DNA of 64,000 bases from positions 395,515 to 459,514 of the forward strand of contig CAVUFH010000003.1 of the NCBI GenBank assembly GCA_963740835.1. Direction: 5' to 3'. Positions 49,103 through 59,409 of this stretch are shown piece after piece. Both the position numbers and the translations under genes were made by a program. The notes under the pieces are model-generated. The model had not been told where the DNA came from, did not search any database, and saw only the letters and a list, made by a program, of their open reading frames with translations. Source of the DNA: an uncultured Actinomycetes bacterium (lineage in GTDB: Bacteria > Actinomycetota > Acidimicrobiia > IMCC26256 > PALSA-610). Each line of letters starts with the position of its first letter. The stretch's first letter is position 1.

Positions 49103-50473
49103 ATGTTGAACGAACTCGCCGCCGCCGTGCGCGACAAGAAAGTGTCGGCCCGAGAGCTGGTCGAGGAATCGCTGCGGCGCATTGGTGCCGGGAACGGCTC
49201 GCTCAACGCGGTCGTCCGTTTGCGCGCGGACGAAGCCCGTGCCGAAGCCGACGCACTGGATGACGCGCGTCGCGCCGGTCCGCTCGCCGGGCTCCCACTT
49301 CTCGTCAAGGACCTGCAAGACGTCGCCGGGCTCCCGACGACCTTCGGGACGCCGTTGTTCTCCGATGGTGCGCCGGCCGCGGTCGACGCGACGATCGTCG
49401 CCCGCTTGCGCGCGGCCGGTGCGATCGTCGTCGGCAAGACGAACACGCCCGCGTTCGGCTGGACCGCGTTCACCGACAACAAGGTGTTCGGCGCGAGCCG
49501 GAACCCGTGGAACCCGGCGCGTTCCCCCGGCGGTTCGAGTGGCGGTTCGGCGGCCGCGCTCGCGGCGGGGTTCGCACCGCTCGCGACGACGACCGACGGT
49601 GGTGGATCGGTGCGCATCCCCGCGGCGATGTGCGGGTTGGTGGGATACAAGCCGACGCTCGGCACGATCGGGCGCGACCGCGCGCCGCGGTGGATCACGT
49701 TTTCGACGTCCGGCTCGACTGGCGCGACCGTCGCCGACGTCATCCTCGAGGCGTCCGTGCTCGCCGGGCCGACCGGCACCGACGTCAACGAGCTCGCAGC
49801 CGGATCGGTCAGCATCGAAGCCGTGCGTCCGGCGCGCGTCATCGCGTGCCGAACGCTGCGCCGCGATGTCGACGCGGAAGTCGAGACCGCGTTCACCGCA
49901 ACGGTCGACGCGGTCGCACGCGACCTGGGACTGCCGGTGACACGCGTCGATCATGTCTTCGACGCCGGCGACCTCCCGCTCCAGTGGTTCGCGATCAGCG
50001 CGGCGGAGCTCGCGCAATCGCTCGCCTGGGCCGAACCGCGCTGGGACGAGCTCGAGCCCGGGTTGACGAGCACGCTGCGGTACGGCGCGAGCGTGAGCGT
50101 CGCCGACTACATCGCCGCGCAACGCGTGCGCTACGACGCGGCCGCCACGCTCGACGCGTTGCTCGGAACTGATGCCGTGCTGCTCACCCCGACGTGCAAC
50201 GTCACGTCGTGGGCGCCGGACGGCCCCCTCCCCGACGCCGCCGGCGACATACTCGGCGACCCCGGCATCGCGGTGAACACAGTCGAGATGAATTTCACCG
50301 GTCATCCCGCGGTTTCCGTCCCGATCGGCACCGCCCCCGAAGGGGTCCCGATCGGCATGCAAGTCATCGCGCCCCGCTTCGCGGACCGGCTCGCGCTCGG
50401 CGTCGCGTCCACGCTCGAGACCGCACGACCGTGGCCGCGCACCGCGCCCGGATACGACGAATTCCGCCTCTGA
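49103..50473 (+). CDS. Amidase (amidase-signature family)
   Basis: It reads GKTNTPAFG...[14 protein letters not shown]...[12 protein letters not shown]. Confidence 0.9.
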   Translation: MLNELAAAVRDKKVSARELVEESLRRIGAGNGSLNAVVRLRADEARAEADALDDARRAGPLAGLPLLVKDLQDVAGLPTTFGTPLFSDGAPAAVDATIVARLRAAGAIVVGKTNTPAFGWTAFTDNKVFGASRNPWNPARSPGGSSGGSAAALAAGFAPLATTTDGGGSVRIPAAMCGLVGYKPTLGTIGRDRAPRWITFSTSGSTGATVADVILEASVLAGPTGTDVNELAAGSVSIEAVRPARVIACRTLRRDVDAEVETAFTATVDAVARDLGLPVTRVDHVFDAGDLPLQWFAISAAELAQSLAWAEPRWDELEPGLTSTLRYGASVSVADYIAAQRVRYDAAATLDALLGTDAVLLTPTCNVTSWAPDGPLPDAAGDILGDPGIAVNTVEMNFTGHPAVSVPIGTAPEGVPIGMQVIAPRFADRLALGVASTLETARPWPRTAPGYDEFRL

Positions 50474-50478
50474 GCCCG

Positions 50479-50967
50479 GTGACCGCCATCGAGTCCGCGA
50501 AGAAGCCGGACACCCGCGCCCGGCCCATCGCGACAATCACCGAGCAGCTGCACACCGGCCAGGCCCCGCGGACGCAGCTCGGCCCGTATCAGCTGCAAGC
50601 TGCGATCGCCGCGGTGCACGACGAAGCGTCGAGCACGAGCGAGACCGACTGGAGCGAGATCGTCGGGTTGTACGAATTGCTCGCGCGGTTCGCGCCGAAT
50701 CCGATGGTGGCACTGAACCACGCCGTCGCGGTCGCGATGGTGCAGGGCCCACAAGCCGGGCTCGACCTGCTCGCGTCGCTCGATGCCGACGACCGCCTCG
50801 CCGGGCACCATCGCGTCGCGGCGGTCCGTGCGCACCTGCTCGAGCTCGCGGGCGATCGCGAAGCCGCGTGCGACAGCTACCGCGCCGCCACGCGCGGTAC
50901 GACGAGCCTTCCCGAGCAGCGGTATCTGGACGCGCGGGCGGCCCGGTTGCAGGGCCGCCCGACGTAA
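50479..50967 (+). CDS. C-terminal (TPR-like, DUF6596-type) portion of a COG4941/SigJ-like ECF sigma factor; sigma regions 2 and 4 are absent (possible remnant)
   Basis: GPYQLQAAIAAVHDEA...TDWSEIVGLYELL...NPMVALNHAVAVAMVQGPQAGL matches only the C-terminal third of such ~400-aa proteins. A GTG at 50479 lies right after the amidase stop. Confidence 0.5.
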   Translation: MTAIESAKKPDTRARPIATITEQLHTGQAPRTQLGPYQLQAAIAAVHDEASSTSETDWSEIVGLYELLARFAPNPMVALNHAVAVAMVQGPQAGLDLLASLDADDRLAGHHRVAAVRAHLLELAGDREAACDSYRAATRGTTSLPEQRYLDARAARLQGRPT

Positions 50968-51100
50968 GCCGCCTGAGCCGCTCACCACCTCGCGTCTGGG
51001 CCGAGCCACCCTTGGGTAGAGGTCCCCCAGCGCGACTCCAGGTTTTGGTGACGCATTCATCCGCTACGAAGCAGGAGCCCGCTGTGCTCTTCCTCAGAAC

Positions 51101-52012
51101 ATGAGAGTCGCCGTCACCGGCGCGTCCGGGTTCATCGGCTCCGCAGTCGCGGAACGCTTGCGCGACTCGGGTCACGACGTGACTGCGATCACGCGCCGAC
51201 CCGAGCGCTACACGGGCGCCGGGACACCCGTCGCAGCCGACATCGGCGACGCCGCCAGCTTGCGCCGCGCGCTCGCCGGACACGACGCGGCGTACTACCT
51301 CGTCCACTCGCTCGCGGACGGCGACTTCGCCGAACGTGACCGCGCCGGTGCGCACGCGTTCGCGGACGCCGCGAACGGCGCGGGCCTGAACCAGGTCGTC
51401 TATCTCGGCGGATTGGGTGACGACGACGATGACCTGTCGCCACACCTGCGCAGCCGGCGCGAGGTCGAGTCGATCCTGCTGCGAACCGCGCCGACCACGG
51501 CGTTGCGCGCCGGCATCGTGATCGGCGACGGCGGCATCAGCTGGGAGATCCTGCGCCAGCTCGTCGAACGGCTCCCCGTGATGGTGACCCCGCGCTGGGT
51601 GGAGACGCCCACCCAACCGATCGCGCTGGACGACGCGCTGTTCGACCTCACCGGCGTGCTCGGTCGTGCGGAAGCGATCGGCGAGACCTACGAGATCGGC
51701 GGCCCCGAGCCGCTGACGTACCGGCGCATGATGCAACTCGTGAGCGACATCATGGGTCGCCGTCGCGTCATCGTCCCCGTGCCACTCCTGTCACCGCGCT
51801 TGTCGTCGCACTGGCTTCGGCTCATCACCGACGTCGACCTGACAACCGCCCGCGCGCTCGTCGATTCGATGACGAACGAAGTCATCGTGCACGATCACCG
51901 CATCGAGTCTTTGCTCCATCACGCGCCGATGACGTTCGAAGCCGCCGCGACACGCGCGTTGGACGTGCGCACCGCGCGCACTGCTGCGGCAGCCGATCGT
52001 GCGCCCGCCTGA
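51101..52012 (+). CDS. NAD(P)H-binding (atypical SDR/NmrA-like, YbjT-type) protein
   Basis: It has the MRVAVTGASGFIGSAV Rossmann motif. Confidence 0.8.
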   Translation: MRVAVTGASGFIGSAVAERLRDSGHDVTAITRRPERYTGAGTPVAADIGDAASLRRALAGHDAAYYLVHSLADGDFAERDRAGAHAFADAANGAGLNQVVYLGGLGDDDDDLSPHLRSRREVESILLRTAPTTALRAGIVIGDGGISWEILRQLVERLPVMVTPRWVETPTQPIALDDALFDLTGVLGRAEAIGETYEIGGPEPLTYRRMMQLVSDIMGRRRVIVPVPLLSPRLSSHWLRLITDVDLTTARALVDSMTNEVIVHDHRIESLLHHAPMTFEAAATRALDVRTARTAAAADRAPA

Positions 52013-52673
52013 CATCCTCTTTCCCGACCGGGCAACCGACGCGGAGGTCGAGCCGGCCGCGGTGCGACATCGTCGCCGGCTGACCGCGGCGGCCACACTC
52101 GTCGCGGGTGCGGCGCTGCTCGCCGCGACATTGCGCGTGCCGCGCGGATCGACCGCGTTCACCGTCCTTGGACTTCTGGTCGCCGCGACGTGGATCGTGG
52201 GTGCCTTCGTCTCGGGACCGATCGCGCTCCGCCCTCGCAGCCGCACACCGACGCGCTGGCTCATCCTCTCCGCAGTCGCGCTCGGGATCGCGTCCTTCCT
52301 CGTCTTCTTGGGTGCGTACTTCGTCGCCGAGCACGTCCCGGTGCTGTCGGGTGCGGTCGAGAGCGTCCTCGGCAAGGCGGATGCGGGTCCGGTTGCGCTG
52401 GCGCTCGCGATCGCGATCGCGAACGCAGTCGCCGAGGAGTGCTTCTTCCGAGGCGCGCTGTACGCGGCGCTCGAACCCCACCGACCCGTCGTCGTCACGA
52501 CGGTCATCTACGTGGCGGTCACCGCGACCACCGGCAACCTGGCGCTCGTCGCCGCGGCCGTCCTCATGGGCACGGTGTTCGGCCTCGAGCGCCGGGTCAC
52601 CCGCAGCGTCCTCGCATCCCTTGTCACGCACGCGGTCTGGTCGACGCTGATCCTGGTGGCGCTGCCACGCTGA
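51999..52673 (+). CDS. CPBP-family intramembrane glutamic endopeptidase (CAAX protease-like)
   Basis: The EECFFRGALY and THAVWS motifs sit among TM helices. Confidence 0.75.
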   Translation: MRPPDILFPDRATDAEVEPAAVRHRRRLTAAATLVAGAALLAATLRVPRGSTAFTVLGLLVAATWIVGAFVSGPIALRPRSRTPTRWLILSAVALGIASFLVFLGAYFVAEHVPVLSGAVESVLGKADAGPVALALAIAIANAVAEECFFRGALYAALEPHRPVVVTTVIYVAVTATTGNLALVAAAVLMGTVFGLERRVTRSVLASLVTHAVWSTLILVALPR

Positions 52674-52703
52674 TCCGCGCTTCCGCGTCCGTGGGGCCAG
52701 AGG

Positions 52704-52729
52704 GTATGTGAGTGAGGACTCACTCATAT
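52704..52729. promoter_or_regulatory. Candidate TetR operator: AT-rich inverted repeat TATGTGAGTGAG-GA-CTCACTCATATA
   Basis: It has a perfect 8-bp core (TGAGTGAG/CTCACTCA) with a 2-nt spacer and extended arms. It lies 12 nt upstream of the tetR start, in the only AT-rich patch nearby. Confidence 0.45.
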
Positions 52730-52740
52730 AGCCTGGACGG

Positions 52741-53373
52741 GTGACGACCAAGCGGGCAGCCGCCCTGCCCCCCTCCGAACGCCGGGCCGAGATCGTCGCG
52801 GCGACGTTCCCGCTCCTGCTCGCGCACGGCGCCGCGGTCACGACGCGGCAGATCGCGGAAGCCGCCGGCATCGCCGAAGGCACGATCTTCCGGGTCTTCC
52901 CGGACAAGGAGAGCCTGATCGCCGCCGTCGTCGACGCCGCGTTCGACACGAAGTCGGTCGACGACGCGGTCGCCGCGATCGACGCCGCGCTCCCGCTCGA
53001 AGCCCGGTTGATCGCCGCGGTCGAGATCCTGCGCCGGCGCTTCGCCGACATCTGGCAGCTGCGGACCGCGGTGGAGATGATGCAGCTCTCGCACGGCGTG
53101 AAGTCCATGCCGGAGCGCCACCACGCCCCGGACCTCCGCGGGCTGGCCGCGCTGTTCGAAGCCGACCGAGGGCAGATCCGCCGCGATCCGCTGGAAGCCG
53201 CGCACCTGTTGCGCGGGCTGACCATCGCCGGCACCCACCCGGGCCTCATCCTCGACCAGCCCCTCTCGTCCGCCGAGATCGTGTCGCTCTTCCTCGACGG
53301 CGTGCGCGTCCACGACGCCGACGAGCCCCGCGGGGCCGACGAACGGAGCGCGGCGGGACAGGCGGTGCGCTGA
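52741..53373 (+). CDS. TetR-family transcriptional regulator
   Basis: The HTH reads TTRQIAEAAGIAEGTIFRVFPDKESL. Confidence 0.85.
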   Translation: MTTKRAAALPPSERRAEIVAATFPLLLAHGAAVTTRQIAEAAGIAEGTIFRVFPDKESLIAAVVDAAFDTKSVDDAVAAIDAALPLEARLIAAVEILRRRFADIWQLRTAVEMMQLSHGVKSMPERHHAPDLRGLAALFEADRGQIRRDPLEAAHLLRGLTIAGTHPGLILDQPLSSAEIVSLFLDGVRVHDADEPRGADERSAAGQAVR

Positions 53374-55106
53374 TGTTGCTCCGGCTGCTCCGAACCTTCC
53401 TCTTCCGTTACCGCCGCGAGCTGCTCATCGTCTTCGGGCTGACGTTCGTACAGGTCATGTGCACGCTGTACCTCCCCGCGCTGACCGCCGACATCATCAA
53501 CAAGGGTGTGGTCACCGGCGATACGCACTACATCTGGAAGACGGGCGCGCTGATGCTGCTCGTCACGTTCGTGCAGGTCATGTTCGCGATCGCCGCGGTG
53601 TACTTCGGCGCGCGCGTCGCGATGGCATTCGGCCGCGACGTGCGTGGCGCGCTCTTCCACCGGGTCACCAGCTTCTCCGCCCAGGACGTCTCCCACTTCG
53701 GTGCACCCTCGCTCATCACGCGCATCACCAACGACGTCACACAGGTGCAGATCCTCGTGCTGATGTCGTGCACCCTGCTCGTCGCCGCGCCGATCACGAT
53801 CGTCGGCGGCGTCTTCCTCGCGGTGCGCGAAGACGGCCCGCTGTCGCTCCTGCTGCTCGTGAGCGTGCCGGTGCTCGTCATCAGCGTCGGGCTCGTGATC
53901 TCGCGCATGGTGCCGCAGTTCCAAGTGATGCAGGAGCGCATCGACCGCATCAACCAGATCCTGCGGGAGCAGATCACCGGCATCCGCGTCGTACGCGCCT
54001 TCGTCCGAGAGCCCGACGAAGCCGAGCGCTTTGCCTACGCCAACGACGAGCTGACCATGACGTCGTTGCGCGCCGGGCGCCTGATGGCACTCCTGTTCCC
54101 CACGGTCGTGCTGGTGCTCAACGTTTCGAGCGTCGCCGCGATCTGGTTGGGCGGCAATCGCATCGGGAACGGCGAGCTCCAGGTCGGCTCGCTGATCGCG
54201 TTCCTCAGTTACCTCATCCAGATCCTGATGTCGGTGATGATGGCGACGTTCGTCGCCGTGCTCGCGCCGCGAGCTTCGGTCAGCTCGGAGCGCATCGGAG
54301 AGGTTCTCGACTCGGAGTCGTCGGTCGTCACCGCCGCCGAGCCGGTCACCACGCTCGGCGCCGCGAGCTCGCTCGAGCTGCGCGACGTTCAGTTCGAGTA
54401 TCCCGGCGCCGACTACCCCGTGTTGTGCGACATCTCGCTCAAGGCGGTCGCGGGCCAGACCACCGCGATCATCGGGAGCACCGGCTCGGGCAAGACCACG
54501 CTGCTCAACCTCGTGCCGCGTCTGTTCGACGCAACCGGCGGCACCGTGCTCGTGGACGGCGTCGACGTGCGCGACATCGAGCCCGAGCTGCTGTGGAGCC
54601 GCATCGGGTTGGTACCGCAGAAGCCCTACCTCTTCACCGGGACCGTCGCGACCAACCTCCGGTACGCGAACCCGGACGCCACCGACGAGGAACTGTGGCG
54701 CGCGCTCGAGATCGCGCAGGCGCAGGACTTCGTGTCCTCGATGCCGGGCCAGCTCGACGCGCCGATCAGCCAGGGCGGTTCCAACGTGTCCGGCGGGCAG
54801 CGGCAACGCCTCGCGATCGCACGGGCGCTCGTCCGCCGCCCCGGCATCTACCTGTTCGACGACTCGTTCTCCGCGCTCGACCTCGCGACCGACGCCCACC
54901 TGCGGGCCGCGCTCGTCCCGGTGGTCGCCGACGCGGTGACCGTCATCGTCGCCCAGCGCGTCTCCACGATCATGAACGCCGATCAGATCCTCGTGATCGA
55001 GGACGGCCGGCAGGTCGGGCTCGGGACGCACCGTGAGCTGCTCGAGACCTGCCCGACCTACGCCGAGATCGTCGCCTCCCAGCTCACCGAGGAGGAGGCC
55101 GCGTGA
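53373..55106 (+). CDS. ABC exporter, fused permease/ATPase subunit (type I exporter, MdlA-like)
   Basis: Six TM helices are followed by GSTGSGKTT (Walker A), the LSGGQRQR-type VSGGQRQRLAIARAL, and YLFDDSFSALD. Confidence 0.9.
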   Translation: MLLRLLRTFLFRYRRELLIVFGLTFVQVMCTLYLPALTADIINKGVVTGDTHYIWKTGALMLLVTFVQVMFAIAAVYFGARVAMAFGRDVRGALFHRVTSFSAQDVSHFGAPSLITRITNDVTQVQILVLMSCTLLVAAPITIVGGVFLAVREDGPLSLLLLVSVPVLVISVGLVISRMVPQFQVMQERIDRINQILREQITGIRVVRAFVREPDEAERFAYANDELTMTSLRAGRLMALLFPTVVLVLNVSSVAAIWLGGNRIGNGELQVGSLIAFLSYLIQILMSVMMATFVAVLAPRASVSSERIGEVLDSESSVVTAAEPVTTLGAASSLELRDVQFEYPGADYPVLCDISLKAVAGQTTAIIGSTGSGKTTLLNLVPRLFDATGGTVLVDGVDVRDIEPELLWSRIGLVPQKPYLFTGTVATNLRYANPDATDEELWRALEIAQAQDFVSSMPGQLDAPISQGGSNVSGGQRQRLAIARALVRRPGIYLFDDSFSALDLATDAHLRAALVPVVADAVTVIVAQRVSTIMNADQILVIEDGRQVGLGTHRELLETCPTYAEIVASQLTEEEAA

Positions 55107-57011
55107 GCCGGAACGGCAAGCGCAGCAACGGCACGAACGGCGCCGCGCCGGCACCCGCCGAGGAAGTCGTCAAGCCGCCGGCCGAGGACGCCCGCGGCGG
55201 GTTCGGCGGCCGCTGGGGCGCGGCCGGCATGCCGCTCGAGCGATCCAAGGACTTCAAGAACTCGACCCGCCGGCTCGCGGCGCGGCTGCGTCCCGAAGGC
55301 TTCGGCATCGCCGCCGTCCTCATCCTCGCGGTCACGAGCGTCACGCTGCTCGTGATCGCGCCGAAGATCCTCGCTGCCGCCACCAACACCATCGTGCGCG
55401 GCGTGTTCTCCGGCCAGGGCATCGACTACACCCGGCTCCACAACATCCTGCTCGTCGCGCTCGGCGTGTATGTGACATCGGCCGTGCTGTCGTATCTGCA
55501 GGCGTTCCTGCTCGCGGGTGTCGTGCAACGCGCGATGTTCCGGCTGCGCTCGGATGTCGAGGACAAGCTGAACCGGATGCCGTTGCGCTATGTCGACCGG
55601 CAACCGCGCGGCGACATGTTGAGCCGGGTCACCAATGACATCGACAACGTGGCCCAGAGCCTGCAGCAGACGTTGAGCCAGCTGCTCACGTCGACGCTGA
55701 CCCTCGTGGGCGTGCTCATCATGATGCTCACGATCTCGCCGATCCTGTCGCTGGTCGCGCTGGTGACGGTCCCGTTGTCGATCTTCACGATGAGAGGCAT
55801 CACCAAGCGGTCGAAGTCGCGCTTCGTCGATCAGTGGCGGCACACCGGCACGCTCAACGCGCAGGTCGAAGAGGCGTTCACGGGTCATTCGCTCGTGAAG
55901 GTGTTCGGAAGGCAGCACGATGTCGAGGCGCTGTTCAACGCCAAGAACGAAGAGCTGTTCCAGTCGAGCTACGCCGCGCAGTTCATCTCAGGGATCATCC
56001 AGCCCGCGATGATGTTCTTCGGCAACTTGAACTACGTCGCGATCGCGCTCATCGGCGGCCTGCGCGTGTCGTCGGGCCAGCTGTCGATCGGCGACATCCA
56101 GGCGTTCATCCAGTACTCGCGCCAATTCACGCAGCCGCTCACCCAGCTGGCGTCGATGATCAACGTCATGCAGTCGGGGATCGCGTCGGCGGAGCGCGTG
56201 TTCGAGCTGCTCGACGCCGAAGAGGAAACCGAGGACGACGCGGTCCCGCTCGAGGACGTTGAACCGCAGGGTCGGGTCGAGTTCGACCACGTCTCGTTCT
56301 CCTACGACCAGGAGAACCCGCTCATCGAGGACCTGTCGCTCGTGGCGGAGCCGGGCGAGACCGTCGCGATCGTCGGCCCCACGGGCGCGGGGAAGACGAC
56401 GCTCGTGAACCTCATCATGCGGTTCTACGACGTCGACGAAGGCGCCATCCTGCTCGACGGCAACGACATCTCGAAGATGCGCCGGCGCGACCTGCGCTCG
56501 AACATGGGCATGGTGCTCCAGGACACGTGGCTGTTCGGCGGCACCATCCGCGAGAACATCGCGTTCGGCAACCTCGACGCGACCGAAGAGCAGATCCTCG
56601 CGGCCGCGCGCGCCACGTACGTCGACCGCTTCGTGCACTCACTCCCGCACGGCTACGACACGGTGATCGACGACGAAGGCGGCACTGTCAGCGCGGGCGA
56701 GAAGCAGTTGCTCACGATCGCGCGCGTTCCTCGCGAAGCCGACCATCCTCATCCTCGACGAGGCCACCAGCTCGGTCGACACGCGTACCGAGGTGCTCAT
56801 CCAGCAGGCGATGGCTGCGCTCCGGTCGAACCGCACGAGCTTCGTCATTGCGCACCGACTGTCGACGATCCGCGACGCGGACACGATCCTCGTGATGGAG
56901 CACGGGCAGATCGTGGAGCAGGGTTCACACGAAGAACTGCTCGTCGCCGACGGCGCTTACGCCCGTCTGTACAACGCGCAGTTCGCCGCGCCCGCAGTCG
57001 AAGTCTCCTGA
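55103..57011 (+). pseudogene. ABC exporter, fused permease/ATPase subunit (MdlB-like partner); reading frame disrupted near 56718-56727
   Basis: It has a 4-nt overlap with the upstream subunit. GPTGAGKTT...[13 protein letters not shown] continues in another frame as [19 protein letters not shown]...VIAHRLSTI. The shift lies within a short (GC)n run. Confidence 0.85.
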
Positions 57012-57018
57012 ACGCGCG

Positions 57019-57264
57019 TCAGTTGGCGGAGGGGTCCGCGCGCTTCGTCTCGAACGGCGGAGCCTCGGGGCCCGCAATCGCGGGTTGGTCGGCTGCCTGC
57101 GCCGACTCGGGCGCGGCCGCGTCGTCGTGGTGTCCGGACGCGCCCTTCTTGAACTCGTGCTGCGCCTGGCCGAGCGAGCGCGCCAGCTGCGGCAGCTTCG
57201 CACCGCCGAAGATCACGAGCACCACCACGAGAATGATGAGCAGTTCCGGCACACCTACGTCCAT
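57019..57264 (-). CDS. tatA: Twin-arginine translocase subunit TatA/E
   Basis: MDVGVPELLIILVVVLVIFGGAKLPQLARSLGQAQHEFKKG is a canonical TatA N-terminus. Confidence 0.85.
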   Translation of the reverse strand: MDVGVPELLIILVVVLVIFGGAKLPQLARSLGQAQHEFKKGASGHHDDAAAPESAQAADQPAIAGPEAPPFETKRADPSAN

Positions 57265-57683
57265 GACACACCTCGCACGAGACACCAGCTCCGTTGCCGG
57301 CCGCCGCATCCCGCGGTCGGCCGTGCGTCCAGGCTACGCCCCTGCTGTTGCGGGAGCGGTCTCGCGTCGAAGAACGCACATACCGACGTGATCTTGCCGT
57401 CCCGAACCCGATACCAGCCCGCGCACGGGATCGAACCGGCCGGAGTCGTCGTCACGAGGTCGTAGATGATGCAGACGTTCTCGCCTTCGCCGAAGACGAG
57501 CCGCTGCGCGGTGCCCGAGACGATCTGCTTGAGTCCGCGTACGCCCTCGATGTACGCGTCGACCTGTTCGGTCTGCCCCATGGGGCCGACGAACGTGATG
57601 TCGTTGGCGAACAGCCCGCGCGCGGTGTCGAAGTCCTCGCTCGACCATGCCTCCAGGCATTTGCTCGCAAACGGTCTTCGCAT
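57255..57683 (-). CDS. NTF2/SnoaL-like fold protein
   Basis: It reads FANDITFVGPMGQTEQVDAYIEG...WYRVRDGKITSVCAFFD. The start is uncertain (57683 or 57764). Confidence 0.6.
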   Translation of the reverse strand: MRRPFASKCLEAWSSEDFDTARGLFANDITFVGPMGQTEQVDAYIEGVRGLKQIVSGTAQRLVFGEGENVCIIYDLVTTTPAGSIPCAGWYRVRDGKITSVCAFFDARPLPQQQGRSLDARPTAGCGGRQRSWCLVRGVSWT

Positions 57684-57762
57684 CCGTTCCGGCCATGGGG
57701 CGAGTACCCGGCCGTTCGGAAGCGAAAACGTCAGGTCGCACGCGCCACCTACCCTCGTCGTC

Positions 57763-58131
57763 ATGGCCGACCCATCCGACGTGACCCAAACCCGGCTGTG
57801 CATCGACGCGAACGATGTCGGACGCGTGAGTGGCTTCTGGGTCGCGCTGTTCGACTACCGCATGCGCGAAGGCGCAGACGACTCCGACACGTGGCGCCAC
57901 CTCGAGCCGCCGACACCCGCGCTCCCGAAGCTGACGATTCAGCCCGTCCCAGAACACAAGGGTGTGAAGAACCGTCTGCATCTCGACGTGTTCGTCGCGG
58001 AACCCGAGCCGTGGATTGCCCGGTCCGTCGAACTCGGTGGGACGGCGCTCTTCTTGAGCGAGGATCCCGAGGATTGGTTCCAGGTCATCGCCGATCCGGA
58101 AGGCAACGAGTTCTGCATCTGCCACGCGTAA
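57763..58131 (+). CDS. VOC/glyoxalase-like domain protein
   Basis: It reads TRLCIDANDVGRVSGFWVALF...KNRLHLDVF...IADPEGNEFCI. Confidence 0.75.
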   Translation: MADPSDVTQTRLCIDANDVGRVSGFWVALFDYRMREGADDSDTWRHLEPPTPALPKLTIQPVPEHKGVKNRLHLDVFVAEPEPWIARSVELGGTALFLSEDPEDWFQVIADPEGNEFCICHA

Positions 58132-58146
58132 CGGCGCCGCGGTCGC

Positions 58147-58566
58147 TCACTTCTCGCGCGCGGCCCGTCCCGCGACGGTTGCAACGAACGCGGTCGGCTC
58201 CACCGTCAGGATGACGCGCACGTCCGCGTCAGTGATCGGGTAGCTCTGGCCGTACCGCTGCTGGAGCGATTGGTAGAACGCGGCGTCGGGCGTGTCCTGC
58301 TCGATCGACAGGACGTCGCCCCGAACCTCGAGGAAGCGGTACGGGTTCTCCGGGTCGGCGATCGAGAACGCGACGCGTGGTTCGTGCTGCACGTTCTTGA
58401 ACTTCTGCCGTGCACTCGTGTGGGTGAAGCGCACGACTTCGCCGTCCCAGACGAACCACATCACGCTGCTCTGGGGTGCGCCGTCGGGTCGCACCGTGGC
58501 CAGGTGGGCGAACAGCGGCCTCTCCAACAGATCGGCGTGGCTCGCGGGCAGCGTCGACGACGGCAT
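58147..58566 (-). CDS. PPOX-class (pyridoxamine 5'-phosphate oxidase fold) probable F420-dependent enzyme
   Basis: It reads FAHLATVRPDGAPQSSVMWFVWDGEVVRFTHT...KNVQHEPRVAFSI. A GAGGAG SD lies upstream. Confidence 0.8.
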   Translation of the reverse strand: MPSSTLPASHADLLERPLFAHLATVRPDGAPQSSVMWFVWDGEVVRFTHTSARQKFKNVQHEPRVAFSIADPENPYRFLEVRGDVLSIEQDTPDAAFYQSLQQRYGQSYPITDADVRVILTVEPTAFVATVAGRAAREK

Positions 58567-58712
58567 CGTGACTCCTCGGTCGAAAGCGCGGCGGCGCGCC
58601 GCGGCGTACTGCGCACGAATACCCAGCTTCGGTGCGCGCCGCACTCCAGCGCGACGCGCTGACGTCAGTCACGCTCGAGGCGTACAGCTGGCGCTTCGCG
58701 AGGGGACACACC

Positions 58713-59213
58713 ATGTGGCGACGGAATCACCACACCCGGGCCTTCATCGACCGACTCCGCGACACGACGCTCTTCGGCGACTGCTCCGAGCGCGAGCTAC
58801 GGCTCGTCGCCTCGCTGCTCACCGAGGTGTGGCTGACGGCCGGGCGCGTCCTGACCCATCAGGACCACGTCGGCAACGAGTGCTTCGTCATCCTGAGCGG
58901 CCACACGGTGGTGGAGCACAACGGCGCGCTCGTGGGCCACGCGGTCGCGGGGTCGGTGGTCGGCGAGCTCGCACTGATGGGCGAGATCACCCGGACCGCG
59001 ACGGTGACCGCCGCGACCGACCTGCAGCTCCTCGTGATGTCGCGCACCGAGTTCGCGACGCTGCGCGGGCTCGGGATCCACAGCATCGGCCGGCGTCTCG
59101 AAGCAGTGGCGGCCGAACACCGGGCCGGGCTGGCGCAGGCCGCCGCGCAACCCACGGAATCGACCCCCAGCGAATCGACCCCCACTGCATCGATCGGCGC
59201 GGGGCGCACCTGA
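58713..59213 (+). CDS. Stand-alone cyclic-nucleotide-binding (CNB) domain protein, paralogue 1
   Basis: It reads LFGDCSERELRLVASLL...GNECFVILSG...GELALMGEITRTATV, a phosphate-binding cassette with a conserved Arg. No other domain is present. Confidence 0.8.
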   Translation: MWRRNHHTRAFIDRLRDTTLFGDCSERELRLVASLLTEVWLTAGRVLTHQDHVGNECFVILSGHTVVEHNGALVGHAVAGSVVGELALMGEITRTATVTAATDLQLLVMSRTEFATLRGLGIHSIGRRLEAVAAEHRAGLAQAAAQPTESTPSESTPTASIGAGRT

Positions 59214-59230
59214 CCGCCCGCTGCGGGGGT

Positions 59231-59261
59231 GCCGCCGCGGCGTTTCCCGCGCCGCGGCGGC
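59231..59261 (+). terminator. GC-rich hairpin after CNB paralogue 1
   Basis: GCCGCCGCGGCG-tttcccg-CGCCGCGGCGGC forms a perfect 12-bp stem 18 nt after the stop, with no U-tract. Confidence 0.4.
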
Positions 59262-59409
59262 CGGGCGGCCGCCGCCGTGCAGTACGAAACTGGCAATCCC
59301 TGGTGCGTCCCATTACCCAGCGCGCGTGGAGACCAGGACCCTGTGTCCGGCGGCCCGCTCCGTCACGCTCTCGAGAGCAACCACACCTGGTTCACGTGAG
59401 GGGCGCACC

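Noticed and set aside
48650-50536. 628-aa minus-strand ORF opposite the quinone oxidoreductase and amidase genes
   Set aside because: It is a shadow ORF with no motifs. The plus strand has the amidase signature [10 protein letters not shown] and the MDR Rossmann motif.
51882-55154. 1090-aa minus-strand ORF, the longest in the track
   Set aside because: It is antisense to five well-supported plus-strand genes (NAD-binding protein, CPBP protease, TetR and the ABC subunits). Its composition is dominated by Arg/Asp/His/Gly, consistent with a shadow ORF.
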